A DNA stretch of 64,000 nucleotides from assembly GCA_045837725.1 (NCBI GenBank), contig JBEWZL010000069.1:1-64000 (forward strand), read 5' to 3'. The notes under the pieces are model-generated. The model was not told where the DNA came from. It made no database searches and saw only the letters and a program-made list of their open reading frames with translations. Made by a program: the position numbers and the translations under genes. Of the stretch, positions 36,806 through 48,674 are shown piece by piece; position 1 is the first letter of the stretch; every line of letters starts with the position of its first letter. Origin of the DNA: Vermamoeba vermiformis. Lineage: Eukaryota.

Positions 36806-38246
36806 TCAAAGTTTGTTTGCAAGTAAGAAGGCAGTACGGAATGAGCTGTCTGCCTCTGCTTGCTGCTGTTGTTGTAGAATTGTCATGAACTGGGCCTGTT
36901 GCTGTGCCATAGAGTGTCTGTGCTGCATTTGCTGCAACTCCAGTATACTTTGGAGATATTGGTTGCTTGCATTGTTTGCAGTATTCAACACAGAAGTGGG
37001 AACTGGGCTGGGTGTCAATCCTGTAGTTTGAGGACTCAAGTGGACAGCTGGAACTCCAACTAATTCAGTTGTGTTAGTGGCAGCAGTGGGTGCAGCTTGC
37101 GGTGGTGGGAGCTTTGGTAATGTTGGCTTGTGAATGGACTTTGTCTTGTTCTTAAGTGGGATAACTTCATCTTCTGACTCTGATGGAGAAAAACTTTGCA
37201 ATTGTCGTCGTTTGACCAAAGAAGGCTCTACTACAGCAATAGGTCTCTTCTGATCTTTAGCAACAAGTCCCTTGCTTGCTCCTGTAAACGTCTTTGTCAA
37301 AACCTATCGGTAATAGAATTTGCTACCTTTTTTGCTTGGCGCAGCTGGCTTTACCAGTGTTCTTGAGGCATGTACTGGCTGGGTCCTAGAAGCCTTTTTT
37401 GCTGGCTCTGTTTTCACAGTAGGTTTTGGAGAGACTTTTCTAGTCTGGACAACGTAAATAAATAGGGTTATTTTGTTTCTGACATACCTTTGCTGCATAA
37501 TAAGCCTTAAACAATTCATCCAGGCACTCCTTTTGACTATTGCTAGCTTTGCCTTCAACTGACTTGACATCACTGAACTTGACTTCAATTACAGATTTAA
37601 GGGAAGGATCTGCAAGGAGAACCTTGTTGAATTGCTTATTGCGAATGATGAATAGCACTGTATGCAAGCCAATGACATTTTTTACAACCACTGTATCTCC
37701 AACTTCGACAGCAAAGTCATCCATCCGCCGAGTCACTTTATAATAATAATTGCCATTCCAAGGCTCTCCATGGTACTTGTAGAACTCAGTATATACCTCT
37801 AAATCAGCAACAAGTCAGAGTTGATCCAACAATGCCTTATTACTTACCTTTGTCATCGGCAGAGTTCAGCCCGCGGAAGGAAGATTTTTCTTCTTGGACA
37901 GTGTCATTGCTTACTATAATTGATTTATGTATGAGTAACACTTACAATAATAAATTAATATGTACCTTCATTATTGGAGTTACCAATAGGAATTTTGGTT
38001 TGCCGATCAGGATCGAGGGACTCAATTTTTTCTTCTAGCCATTAAAAATTAGTTTCCTTATAAATAAAGAGACATCATAATGTTGGGAAAATTATAGAAT
38101 AATTAAGAGAGTTAATTACCAGCTATTAATGATTCCCGAGTGGATTTTGGACTGGGCGGGGGATTTTGCTTTGGCTGCTGGGCTTCACTGTCAACTGATG
38201 CAGCAGTAGGGTTGTCAATTAATACCTTGTCAGTATCCTCACTCAT
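36806..38246 (-). CDS. Transposon accessory gene, unknown; central beta-rich segment (BAH/Tudor-like start), P/T- and Q-rich C-terminus
   Basis: Six exons splice in frame from ATG 38246 (MSEDTDKV) via EVYTEFYKYHGEPWNGNYYYKVTRRMDDFAVEVGDTVVVK to the stop at 36806. Confidence 0.6.
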
Positions 38247-39093
38247 TGTGGTGTTCATGTAATGATTTCCGAGGACAATTGGATTTGGTTACCCATAAAA
38301 GGAAATTAACCAGGGCACTTGCTACGGAGAAGTTATTTGACCATTATTTCATTCCAATAATACCATTAAACAACACCTATAGTTCAAATCACCTATTATA
38401 TACCTCATACAACACATCATTATCAAGGCAACTCAATGGATTCAAAACTAATGTAAGTCAAGGTGGATTTAACTTTACATCTTGCTCGGAAATTATTACA
38501 TATGAAGACATATATCAATTTATAATTATATATGCATTACAATAATTTAAATATGCTAGTTTAATGGCTATTTTGAATTTTTGAGGAGAAAATTGATGGC
38601 ATAATTTCATATCCAGCTCGGAAATTGTTAGGTATCAACATAATACATAATAATAACATATGTATGCTGCTTATATTATATATATCCCATATCTATCATT
38701 TTGGGGCTGATCATTGCATATTCAAAAAGCCTATTATCTGTTCTGTCTCGTGCACCAGTCAAATCCTTGCCGTAAGAGGGTTTTCAATCTATAGTATCAT
38801 TACTAATTAACCAAATTGTTTCAAACATGGTGTATGCATTTGTACATATACAATGAGCAATACTAAAGCTTTGATATATATTTTAAAGATAGTTTTGCTA
38901 GTTCAGTTCTGCCGATCTAGATCAGACAAGATCCACTACTCATGAGTAAAAGAGAATTGAAGTAACTCCTATCCCTATTCATTGTGCTTACAATTATTTA
39001 TGCTATTAGTAATGGCAGTAGCTGGACTATTGAGTTAATGCAAGTAAAGTTCTCTCAGGTCATCTTTGTTGACAATTTCTGTGCCTTACCCAG

Positions 39094-39389
39094 ACTTTGC
39101 CGAACTCTATTAAGTATATATATGGTATTACAATACCTCATGTAGTTTATGTATGCAATTGATTTTGGTAAGAAAAATCATGATTGCCCAACACTGGTGT
39201 AACGTAACTTTAACTTCAACTTCGTGTGCAGCACGACTTTGCCGAACTCAACTAAATATAATGCTGGCAGTTATTCATTGCATCTAATATATATATAGCA
39301 CTGTTATGGCTAGCTAAAATCGTAGGGGTTCACAGTGGTGCGCATCAACCCTCTTGCTGCTGACGTAAAACAGCACTACTTTGCCGAAC
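39094..39389 (+). repeat. Three copies of ACTTTGCCGAAC at an exact 142-bp period
   Basis: Copies start at 39094, 39236 and 39378; the intervening sequence is dissimilar. Confidence 0.7.
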
Positions 39390-39504
39390 GACTCTTACTA
39401 TTCTATGCTATTGATCATCATATAATGATACAAAATTGACCAACAATATAGATTTTAAAAATCACTATTCATGTGCAGTTCATTAATACTGTTACTTCAG
39501 GAAA

Positions 39505-42500
39505 ATGACATTCCAAGGCTTTCAATGGGGCTCTAACAGTAAGTTAAGCACTATTAATAGAATGACCTAACAATGGTAGATATGAATGACCTATGCACTA
39601 TTGAGACAGTTGGCTTCGTTCTTCGGCTAGTGCTGCAAAAATTGCCAGGACACAAGTTTGAGAGTGACTTTTTTAAACTATTGACGGGTTGGATTAATAA
39701 TGGACCACTATCCAATGAAAGGCTACACCAATTAAAATTGGATCTGATAGATGCCCTTGGTCCTGTTGTAGGCTGGGTGCCTTGCAAGACTTATGTCTCA
39801 ATTGGTGCAATACTCACGGCAGCTTTCAAAACTCTGTCAATTGCCGAATCAGCATTATTTGTCTCTACTCTTAAAGTTGTTAGCCACTGCAAATGTCCTA
39901 CAACAACAAAGCTATTTCATCAAGTGGCAGTTTTTGTTGAAGAAAAACTGACTGACAGTACACTCTCACTCCAAGCTGCACTCAACCACTTAGCAGACTA
40001 CAACTGCCAGCTACCCATCAACTGCTATGATTGTGGAATACAACCTGTTGAACATCGTAAGTTCAATTAGAAGAAATGAATTTGATATTAAACTGTGTAG
40101 GTACATTGGAGTTGCCACAAGTTTTGACTGTCGAGTTAGGAAGACTCAAAAGGCAATTTAGCAACCCAAATATAACCATCGAGCCAGTTTTAACTGTCAA
40201 CAATTGTCAGTATTACCTATTAGCTGTAATGATGTGCCCCACACTACATGCTATTTTGTGCAACAGTCAGTCTTGTATTTCTATGATGGCATGCAAAATG
40301 AAGGAATTGCCACTCCAGTGGCAGAAACACTTGAAACAAGCAAATCTAAGATATATTATGACCACATTGTGTACTTAAAACGACAGGTAATTTAACCTGG
40401 TTTAGTTCTTCTAAGCATTAACTCTTGGTAGAATTCTGCACCTGTTTCGAAAGCCATCAATGCAAAAGACCTATTTACTACCTTGCAAGTGCAGCCAGAA
40501 AGTACCCCAATTGCCTCGCAGAATCTGTTCCAAGTCCTAACAAAGAATATCATTCCATCTGAAAAACTCAAGTCATTAAAAAAACAAAAGTTACTTGGGG
40601 CTGATTCAATTAACAAAGGTACTTATAACTTGCAAATTTTACATCTAACTAACATTTTCCAGTTGCAGCTACAAACTGTTGTAAGGCTAGATGTACTGAA
40701 CTCTTCACTACCAGCCAGATTCTGGAAAGCCGCAAGATGGTGGCTGAGCTCAATGACAGTCAGAAAACTAAGTGGCTGATGAAATTTTTTGAAACAAACA
40801 TGAACATTGATAGCCCAGCTGTTGCTTTCCTGGTAGGAGGTGTATCAGTTTGTCAGCTTGCATTTTGCAGAGTTTATGGAGTGTCTGTCGACAAGGTTAT
40901 TCAATGCAAGCAACAATACCTAAATGGAACAAAGGCTCATATGCATGGTAATTGCTTTCGGGTGTATGACTCCCCAAAGAGAGACTCAGTAGCCGCTTGG
41001 ATCCAAAACTATTGCAATACATATGGTGATTATGTGCCAACTAAAGATGAAATTCACTTACCATCACACATGACGTAAGTTCTTGTTCTGATACTGTGAT
41101 TGCTAACCAATGCAAGTGTGAAGGAATGGTACAATCTGTTTTCTGGTGAATTTGCCAATCTTCACCCAGGAGCTGACACACCAAGCTATGAAACTTTCAA
41201 GCAGGTCAAGCGCAAATGGTTTGCAGTAAGTTACTATGTGCATCTTTCAATTTTGCTAAAGATTTTAGAATGTTAAACGCCCGAAGGAGACTCGACTTGG
41301 CAAATGTTCAACCTGTTTATTGATTAAACAACGGCGACTACAGTGCCCTTCAGAAGATAAGCTGTTGCAATTGAAACAGCAGATGAATGAACACATAGAT
41401 TATATTACAAAGGACAGACAGATGTATCGGCAAAGAGCAGATATTGCCATTAAGCAACCCTTCTTGAAGATGAGCATCATTACAGACAAAAGTGGCAGTT
41501 TTCAACTTCCTCAGCACCATCCAATGCCAAAAGAATGGGCGAATATTAACCTTTTGCAAGCAAGCTTTGTAGGCTTCATTAACCACGGGCTGAACAAGAA
41601 AGAGTTAGTGTTTTTCAAGGAGTCTGATTACATTGCAGATGCAGACTTTTACATCTCACTCCTGTTCCATCATTTGAAAGAATCTTTGCTATCAATTCAA
41701 CCACAAAATAGACCGACAACACTGTATTTACAAGTAGATAACAGTGCAGCTGAAGGCAAAAATCAATATTTGCTTCAATTTGCAGCATTACTAGTGCACA
41801 ATGAGTGGTTTGAAGAGGTTTTCATTCATTATTTACAACCTGGCCACACACATGAAGATATTGACCGACTATTTCAACCATTTCATACTTACTTCCAATG
41901 GAAAGTTATTGAAACTATGAATGATGCTATTACATTTGCAAAGTCAATCTATCCCAAGGATGTGTATATTCATGAACTCCAATGGCCCATTCTTTCCTGG
42001 AAAAAGTGGTTTCTCACATTCTGCTCATCAATGAGTGGTCACAAAGACAAATATGCTTTTTGGCTAAAGAAAGGACTTGATGGCACTCCAACACTCCTGT
42101 TCAAACAAAAATCTCTCGATGAAAATTGGATTGAAGTTGAAGAATCAGTGTTTAGTCATTCTCCGTCAGCCGAACCTGTAGCACTTCAACCAAACCCTGT
42201 GTCCAAGGAGTTGATAGCCACAATAGTGACAAAGACCTCTAAATTTCTTTCTGAAAAGGTGAGGATTGTACTTTACTATTCAGTTACTAACATGTTGCAG
42301 GGCATCGAATATTACAAAGGTCTGGAGAGAACAGAAGAGGTGAAAGTTATGACAGAATTGTTCCAGATTGGCCAAGTTAAACGTGAAGGACCAGAGCTTG
42401 TGGTCTCATCAGAAAAAGAACCAACAATGGTCAATTTAAAGAAGCGCAAACGGCAGGTTGAAGGTACCTTCAAATCATAGGTTTATTCTTAATTGTTACT

Positions 42501-42697
42501 CATTTTTGTTTGCAGATGAGGCAGAATGGGTAGTTAAAAGTATTATAGACCACCGAAAAGTTGGACGTAAGTTAGAGTGGCTGGTACTTTGGGACGGAGG
42601 ACAACAGTCCTGGGAGCCACGTAATTGCTTCATAGATGCAGACCAAAGCAAGAATGAAGTATGGGCTGACTATGAAAAGAAGAGATTGAGCAAATGA
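39505..42697 (+). CDS. USP-like cysteine peptidase - Sola-type transposase - chromodomain fusion (one frameshift near 40230)
   Basis: USP-like boxes: GFQWGSNNMNDLCTIE, CYDC..LELPQVLTVELGR, YYLLAV, PHTTCYF..FYDG. Transposase: CCKARC, VCQLAFCRVYGVS, HGN, IHLP, KCSTC, LYLQVDNSAAEGKN, GHTHEDIDRLF. Spliced (42464..42515) to a chromodomain EWVVKSIIDHRKVGRKLEWLVLWDG..SWEP. Confidence 0.75.
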
Positions 42698-42705
42698 TAG
42701 TCTAA

Positions 42706-42750
42706 AATAAATGAAATATACCCAACTGGGTTTTTACAATACCTTTCGAT
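42706..42750 (-). repeat. Right terminal inverted repeat
   Basis: Reverse complement reads atcgaaaggtattgtaaaaacccagttgggtatatttcatttatt. Confidence 0.9.
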
Positions 42751-45649
42751 TGTGGCCGTCAGAAGGTTTCAAGTTTAGTAAATAATTTAGATAATTTTTA
42801 ATGAATATAACATAGGCAACAACGAATATTTCATCGAAGCCCTACGAGGAAATACTTCACTGCGGGTTATAAAATTCAATCGCTCTTTCTTTACAAAACC
42901 GCAATCAATAGCGTCATTAATTACCGCACTAAAAACATCCAATACATTAGAAGATTTGACGATAGAAAACAGTGCAAAAGAAATTTACGAGGCAGTGGTG
43001 CAGCTTTTGAAAGAGAACACATCCATCAAAACTCTTACTTTAACGGGTACGCCTCTTCGTTGGAAATTATGTAATATAACGGATCCTTGTAGTTGATAGT
43101 GCGGTCGTGGGAATTTTAGCTAGCGGACTAACGGAAAATCGAACCCTGATCCACATCAATCTGCTCGCAAGCTTTGGCTTGGCAGAACTACCACATGTTT
43201 CGAAACATTCAAGCCTATAGTCGAAGCGTTACAAAATTCCCCTACAGTTAAAAAAGTTTTAATTCGAAGTAAGAAACTCTACAACCTAAGCGTAAAAAAG
43301 TAACCCACGTTGCTAGGACAAAACGAAGAACCATATCGCGAAATTTATCCGAACGAATGCATCACATGTACGTAGTCAATGACTTATTAGACACTCTCGT
43401 AACATTTCTTCAGTGGAACGGGCCACAAAGCTGTCAATCTTGATCGAAAGGAAAGGACAAAGCCCCGCACAGTTAATTGCAAATAAGAAATGGGACGAGC
43501 TTGCTTCGTACATCAAAGACCATAGCACGGAATATCTAGCCTTTAACTTGCACTACTCTTGCCAGGTCGATTTAAGCACCAAGACGTTTATCGACTCCTT
43601 AGCTATTCAGTCTTTGCAGCCGTTGTTGGAAGAAATGCGGACGAAAAACAACGAGGCTGAAGTCGCTTTAGACGTCACAAAAATTGAGTGTCAATCGCTG
43701 ACCGAACAACGAGACAAATTACGAAAGCAGCTTGCTGACGTTGAAATCAAACTGGCAAAAGTCACCGCACAAGTCAAATCAGACGCAAAAGACTTGGAAG
43801 ATCGTAAATGAGCTGAACAAGATTTACAAATCAATCTGCAGGTGTTTCAAGCTTCACTAAGGACGAACGAACCCGCGCTTCAGAAATGGCAGAAAAAACT
43901 TCAAGTAGATATTGCTGAATGGAGCTGCGAGGACGTGTTATTCATGCTAACTGACATTGGACTGCAAAAATATTCAACTTCATTTTCGGCGAACAAAATT
44001 GACGGCGCAGTGCTTTTGACACTTGACGCGAGCGATTTGACAGCCACTCTGGAGCTATCTTTCAAAGACGCTAAGAAGCTCCAAATGTACATTTACTTGG
44101 TTCAAACTCATCACGACATCTACACGATACCTCCGGGAGTGCTGCAATGGAACAACGACACCGTGTGCACGTGGCTCGAAGACAACAAGTTTGGTCACTT
44201 GGTCGATGTTTTTAGGAAGCATCAGGCAAGTTACTATAGCTGTTGTAGATTCTACTCGGTCCTAACTCTATGTTTGTTAGATAACTGGCGCTGAACTAGC
44301 ATTTTTGGAAAAGTTGGATCTGACACACCACCTTCAAGTCAAAGCACTTGGTGACGTCGTAAAATTGCAGAAAGAGATTGCAATACTTAAAGACTCCCTG
44401 TCTGATACACAAGCTTTAGTTAGGGCCAATACGAACAACAACAAACAATCCGCCAAAGTCAATGACAAACCAGCACAAGATGAACATAAACATGAAGATC
44501 ACAAGGAACAATTTGCACCAGTACCGGAGTTCAAGGGCTTTGACTCAGTGCTTTCGTTTGGGTTTAGTCCCAGCCGACAAGGAGCCGGCCCTTCTTTTGC
44601 CAGCACCTCTTTGTTTTTTCCTGCCCCAAGTAACAATGATGCGACTAAACTCGGTCAACAAGAGAAAACTTCTACACCAGTTGCATCGCCGGTCCAATTC
44701 GGATTCAGTTTCGCTCCTATTGCAAACCCATTCGGAGCAAGTTTTGGTACTCAAAATTCCGTTGCAAATCCTTTGCCACAACTGCAACCGAAGCAGATCT
44801 CGCAAGGAAACTCAGTTGCATCGTCTGTCCAATTCGGATTTAGCTTCGCTCCTGTTGCAAATTCGCCATTTGGATCTAGTTTTGGTACTCAAAGTCACGT
44901 TGTGAATTCTGCTACTCAACCACAGCCAAAGCAGCTCTCCGTAGACAACTCGGAAGTAAAGATACGACACTTCTCGGTGCCTGAAACTGACCATGACGAA
45001 GAAAGCGATAGAGACGCCAATAAGCAAGTGAAATCGACTCCGCCTCCTTTGCCCTTGTTAGGAGAACCTGCACAAAACAACGAGAAAGAGCCAACGGTTG
45101 CCGATCGAACAACGCAATCGAATGCAAACGAAGAAGAAACTGAAGAAGCAGCCATATGTCCCATCACCCATGACGTGATGAAGGATCCAGTGGTCGCGAG
45201 TGACGGTCACACGTACGAGAGAACAGCAATCGAACTGTGGCTGAAGAACAACAATACTTCTCCCATGACTGGTCTTCAATTGTCAAACAAACAACTGACG
45301 CCAGCACAGAAGTTGGATCCGAACAAGAAAAAATAAGAGTTGCGTTTCTTTAGAAATATGAGCACCAATAAACCTTTTTTTTGTTGTCTTCGTTGACACG
45401 ATTCAAGGAAATTCATTGTTTCTGTGGTTGACGGATGCACTTGTTACGAGACTCGATTGAACCAAATTTTTCGTTCGCGTCTCTACTTTAGAAAAAGCTT
45501 CCGACATCGTTAAATAGTTATTTTGCAAGCTATATTTGTTAAAGCGTGCAAACTCCGTTGTGAACTCAGCCCAGATTTTCCGCGTGTCACTTTTTGTCTT
45601 TTGACTTTCTTGCCGTTGTATTACATAGTTATTACGTCACAGCTCAACC

Positions 45650-46429
45650 ATGGACAACGTAACCCTTTTTAAGAAGATATTCTCGGATAATGACCGAATA
45701 GCGGACTCGGTATGTTCGAACTAACTGGAATTCCATTTGACGTAATGCGTTGTGGTGTATTATTACTTAACAAAATAATTAGTACCACAAATATTTGAAT
45801 TCTGGAGCAACGATGCCAAATTTTTGGTGTAATAAAGAAGATCTCAAAAGATTCAGCTTCGAAAAAGGTAATTTCGCATAAATTCGCTGCAATTAATTAA
45901 TTAAATAATAATTTAATCCTCTGATGAATTAGAGTCGCTCAAGTCTATGACGGATTTATTATGCGTTTGTGAGCCAATTAAACCCGAAATTTCCAGATCT
46001 GCTTATGAGTGCTTGAAACGGAACGAAAATGATGATCACGTTTTGTTAAAGTGCGAGAAGCAAGTCGACGGTAAACTCATTTGTTCTCAACACAGATAGT
46101 CTTATTGACATTTGGCATAACTAGAGCTGAAAACTGTATTCAGAGGCGTATCGACTAAGTTTTTTGAGGATACAAAGCGGGTTGACCATATTTCACGCGT
46201 TTGCTCCGGATCACTGGACAAATATCTATCAAACTCGTCAGCCAATACTTTTGCTGAATTCCATGCTTGCTTTGTGCCCATGTTTTGTAAGGACAAGTTG
46301 AAACGAGCCTTAGATTGTGTAAACAAGAATAATGAAGACTTGCATGGCTGCGAGAATGAAATTGACGACATGTTGAAGTGTTCTATCGATAATTGGACTC
46401 GGCACGTGGTCAAGGTGGCAAATGGATAG
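45650..46429 (+). CDS. Cys-rich protein with a twin CX9C (CHCH-like) motif
   Basis: Four exons in frame; C-terminal CKDKLKRALDC-x10-CENEIDDMLKC. Confidence 0.6.
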
Positions 46430-46585
46430 CAAAGTTGTAACGATTAACAGCGCGACAAAAACTTGATGCGAGTGAAACTACACTTTTCCAATCTTGATCG
46501 AGTGACTATATTACAACAATAAAGAATCACTATTTGCTCTACGTGGAATTGATTTTATTTCGTCAAAAAAATACAACCAATGAAT

Positions 46586-48235
46586 CTATTCAAAGAAGCC
46601 TGGTGAATTACCAGCCAAAATCATGTCGTAAGGGTAGTCCAAGGGACGAGTAGAGGCCTTGTCCAAAGCAGCGACTTGTGTGTCGGTCAAAGTGAACAAA
46701 CCAGCTTCAATGTTCTCTTCAAGTTGTTGCACGGTCTTGGCACCAATGATCACTGATGACACGGCTGGTTTGTGCAGCAACCAGCGAAGTGACACTTGCG
46801 CCACGCTCTTGTTGACTTCCTTCGCAACTTCTTCGATCTGCAAATATTAATTAGTACGAGAAAAATGAGGTCAAAGTTGGTCGTGTTCGAGGGTACCTTG
46901 TCAATGACGTTCCAAGTAAAGTCGTTGTTCCAACGGGAGAAATTAGTTTGAGACCAACCGATCTTCTCGGCCCAAGCAACTCTAGAGCTAGAATCGCTCG
47001 ATACGTCGTGTTGGCGAGAATATTTGCCGCTCAAAAGTCCACCTGTCAAAGTGTCAAAATGTCATCAGATGCCTCTTTCAACTTCGCTTTTCTCATCAGA
47101 TTCGATCGATCATTTACCCTTCAAAGGAGACCAAGGCAAAATACCAAGTCCTTCGTTCTTGCAGACTTCAAAAGCCTCATTCTCGGAGTTACGCTCGAGC
47201 AACGAGTATTGTTGTTGCAAGCTGACGTACTCTGTTATATGATACGATATTAATAACACTATACAATTACATAATAATATGAAAATTGTGATTCGTTTGT
47301 CATGCTATTGAAATCACTGAAAAAATGTCCGCGGTCGGATGTGGATCTGAAAACTTACGTTCCAAACCGATGTGCTTGCTCAAATCGATTGCCTTTTGCA
47401 ATTGCCAACCATTATAGTTGCTGGCACCAATATAACGCACTTTGCCTACACGTACGAGGTCGTTCAAAGTGGTCAGAGTCTCGAGGAGTGGCGTGCTGGC
47501 ATCCCAAAGATGGATCTGGTACAAATCGATGTAATCCGTTTGTAATCTCTTTAAAGACCTGAATTATGATAAAATTAATATAATGTATCGCGAGTATGAA
47601 GAAACGACTAGATTTGATCTAACTGCAAATTGAGATTTTTTTGTTTAAAGCCATTGCAATTCAAAAAAAATATTACGGTCTGAATTCCTTAATAAATATT
47701 AATAATAATTCTTACGCCTCGACTGATGCCAGAATGTGCTTTCTGGATGCGCTCTTATCGTTGGGACCAGGACCGACTGAGTTGCGGAATTTTGTTGCAA
47801 TAACAAAGTTGTCGCGCTTCTTAGTCTTCAACCAATTACCAACTAGCATATTTATAATTAATTTAATATTTGACACTGAGATAACTCGATCTGGATGTTG
47901 CTTACCAATTTGTTCGGAATGGAATGGACCATAAATATCGGCAGTATCGATAAAATTGCCTCCAAGCTCAGAGAATCGATCCATAATTTGAAACTGGATT
48001 CTGAGGGTAAGGAAATTAATTTGAGTTCACTGAAAATTTTTCGTCTTACCTTCATCCGTTGTAGGCATGTTCCAAGAGCTAGGACCGAAAGTCATCGCGC
48101 CTAATATCACATTTAGCATATTACTAATTTAATTCCGATTTTTAATTCATTACCTAAGCAGATCTCGGACACTTTTAAACCGGTGCTGCCCAGATTTCGG
48201 TACTTCAATTTCTTTTGTTGTTTTTGCTCAGCCAT
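46586..48235 (-). CDS. Aldo-keto reductase
   Basis: [74 protein letters not shown]. Confidence 0.92.
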
Positions 48236-48674
48236 TGTTAGTGCAAGAGTTGTGTTCTCAATGTTGGTTTCAATTGAATGATGACGGATGCGGTCTCCTG
48301 ATTTTATGTTGAAACTTCGGCCAAACGGAGAATTATGGATATTTATTGATACGAGTTGCACCGATTTGCCGAAGTATTTTCTTTAATACGGACAATGGAA
48401 TCTTCTACTCGGAGAAAATATTGATATTGGGATCATATCACTAGTGGCGCTACTCTTACCTTCCAAAACGATCCAGATCGAATCTTCCTCGAGATCGAAC
48501 GTTTAACCCAGGAGATATCACCACGTTGTTATTGCAAATTTACATTGCATATATTGGAACTGCAATACGGTTTAGATTCAGGTAAGCGTGGGCAGATCGC
48601 GTGCATTTTAAATATTTATATTAGTTAAATTGGTTTAATTTTATTGTACAATTTTCCGAAAATTACACTACAAA

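Larger units (their letters stand above)
36682..42750 (+). mobile_element. Sola-like cut-and-paste DNA transposon, 6069 bp, two divergent genes
   Basis: 45-bp TIRs (42/45 match), a 4-bp target duplication TGTG (36678-36681 and 42751-42754) and an internal transposase gene. Removing the element restores the host reading frame. Confidence 0.88.
36578..45336 (+). pseudogene. LRR-coiled coil-SAM-SAM-(FG-rich insert)-U-box array copy D, disrupted by a transposon
   Basis: Exon 1 (MEDIPCLNNDQDIK...THLDV|WPSE) is split by 36682..42750. It also has a frameshift near 43190, an in-frame TGA at 43809-43811 and a truncated U-box C-terminal helix. Confidence 0.82.

Noticed and set aside
39094-39389. CRISPR-like array (repeat plus unique spacers)
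   Set aside because: Only 12-19-bp repeats, 130-bp spacers and three copies, with no cas genes and a eukaryotic context. Kept only as a periodic motif.
43809-43811. TGA read-through, selenocysteine or an alternative genetic code
   Set aside because: The gene is already broken by a transposon and a frameshift, and TGA is a normal stop elsewhere in the window.
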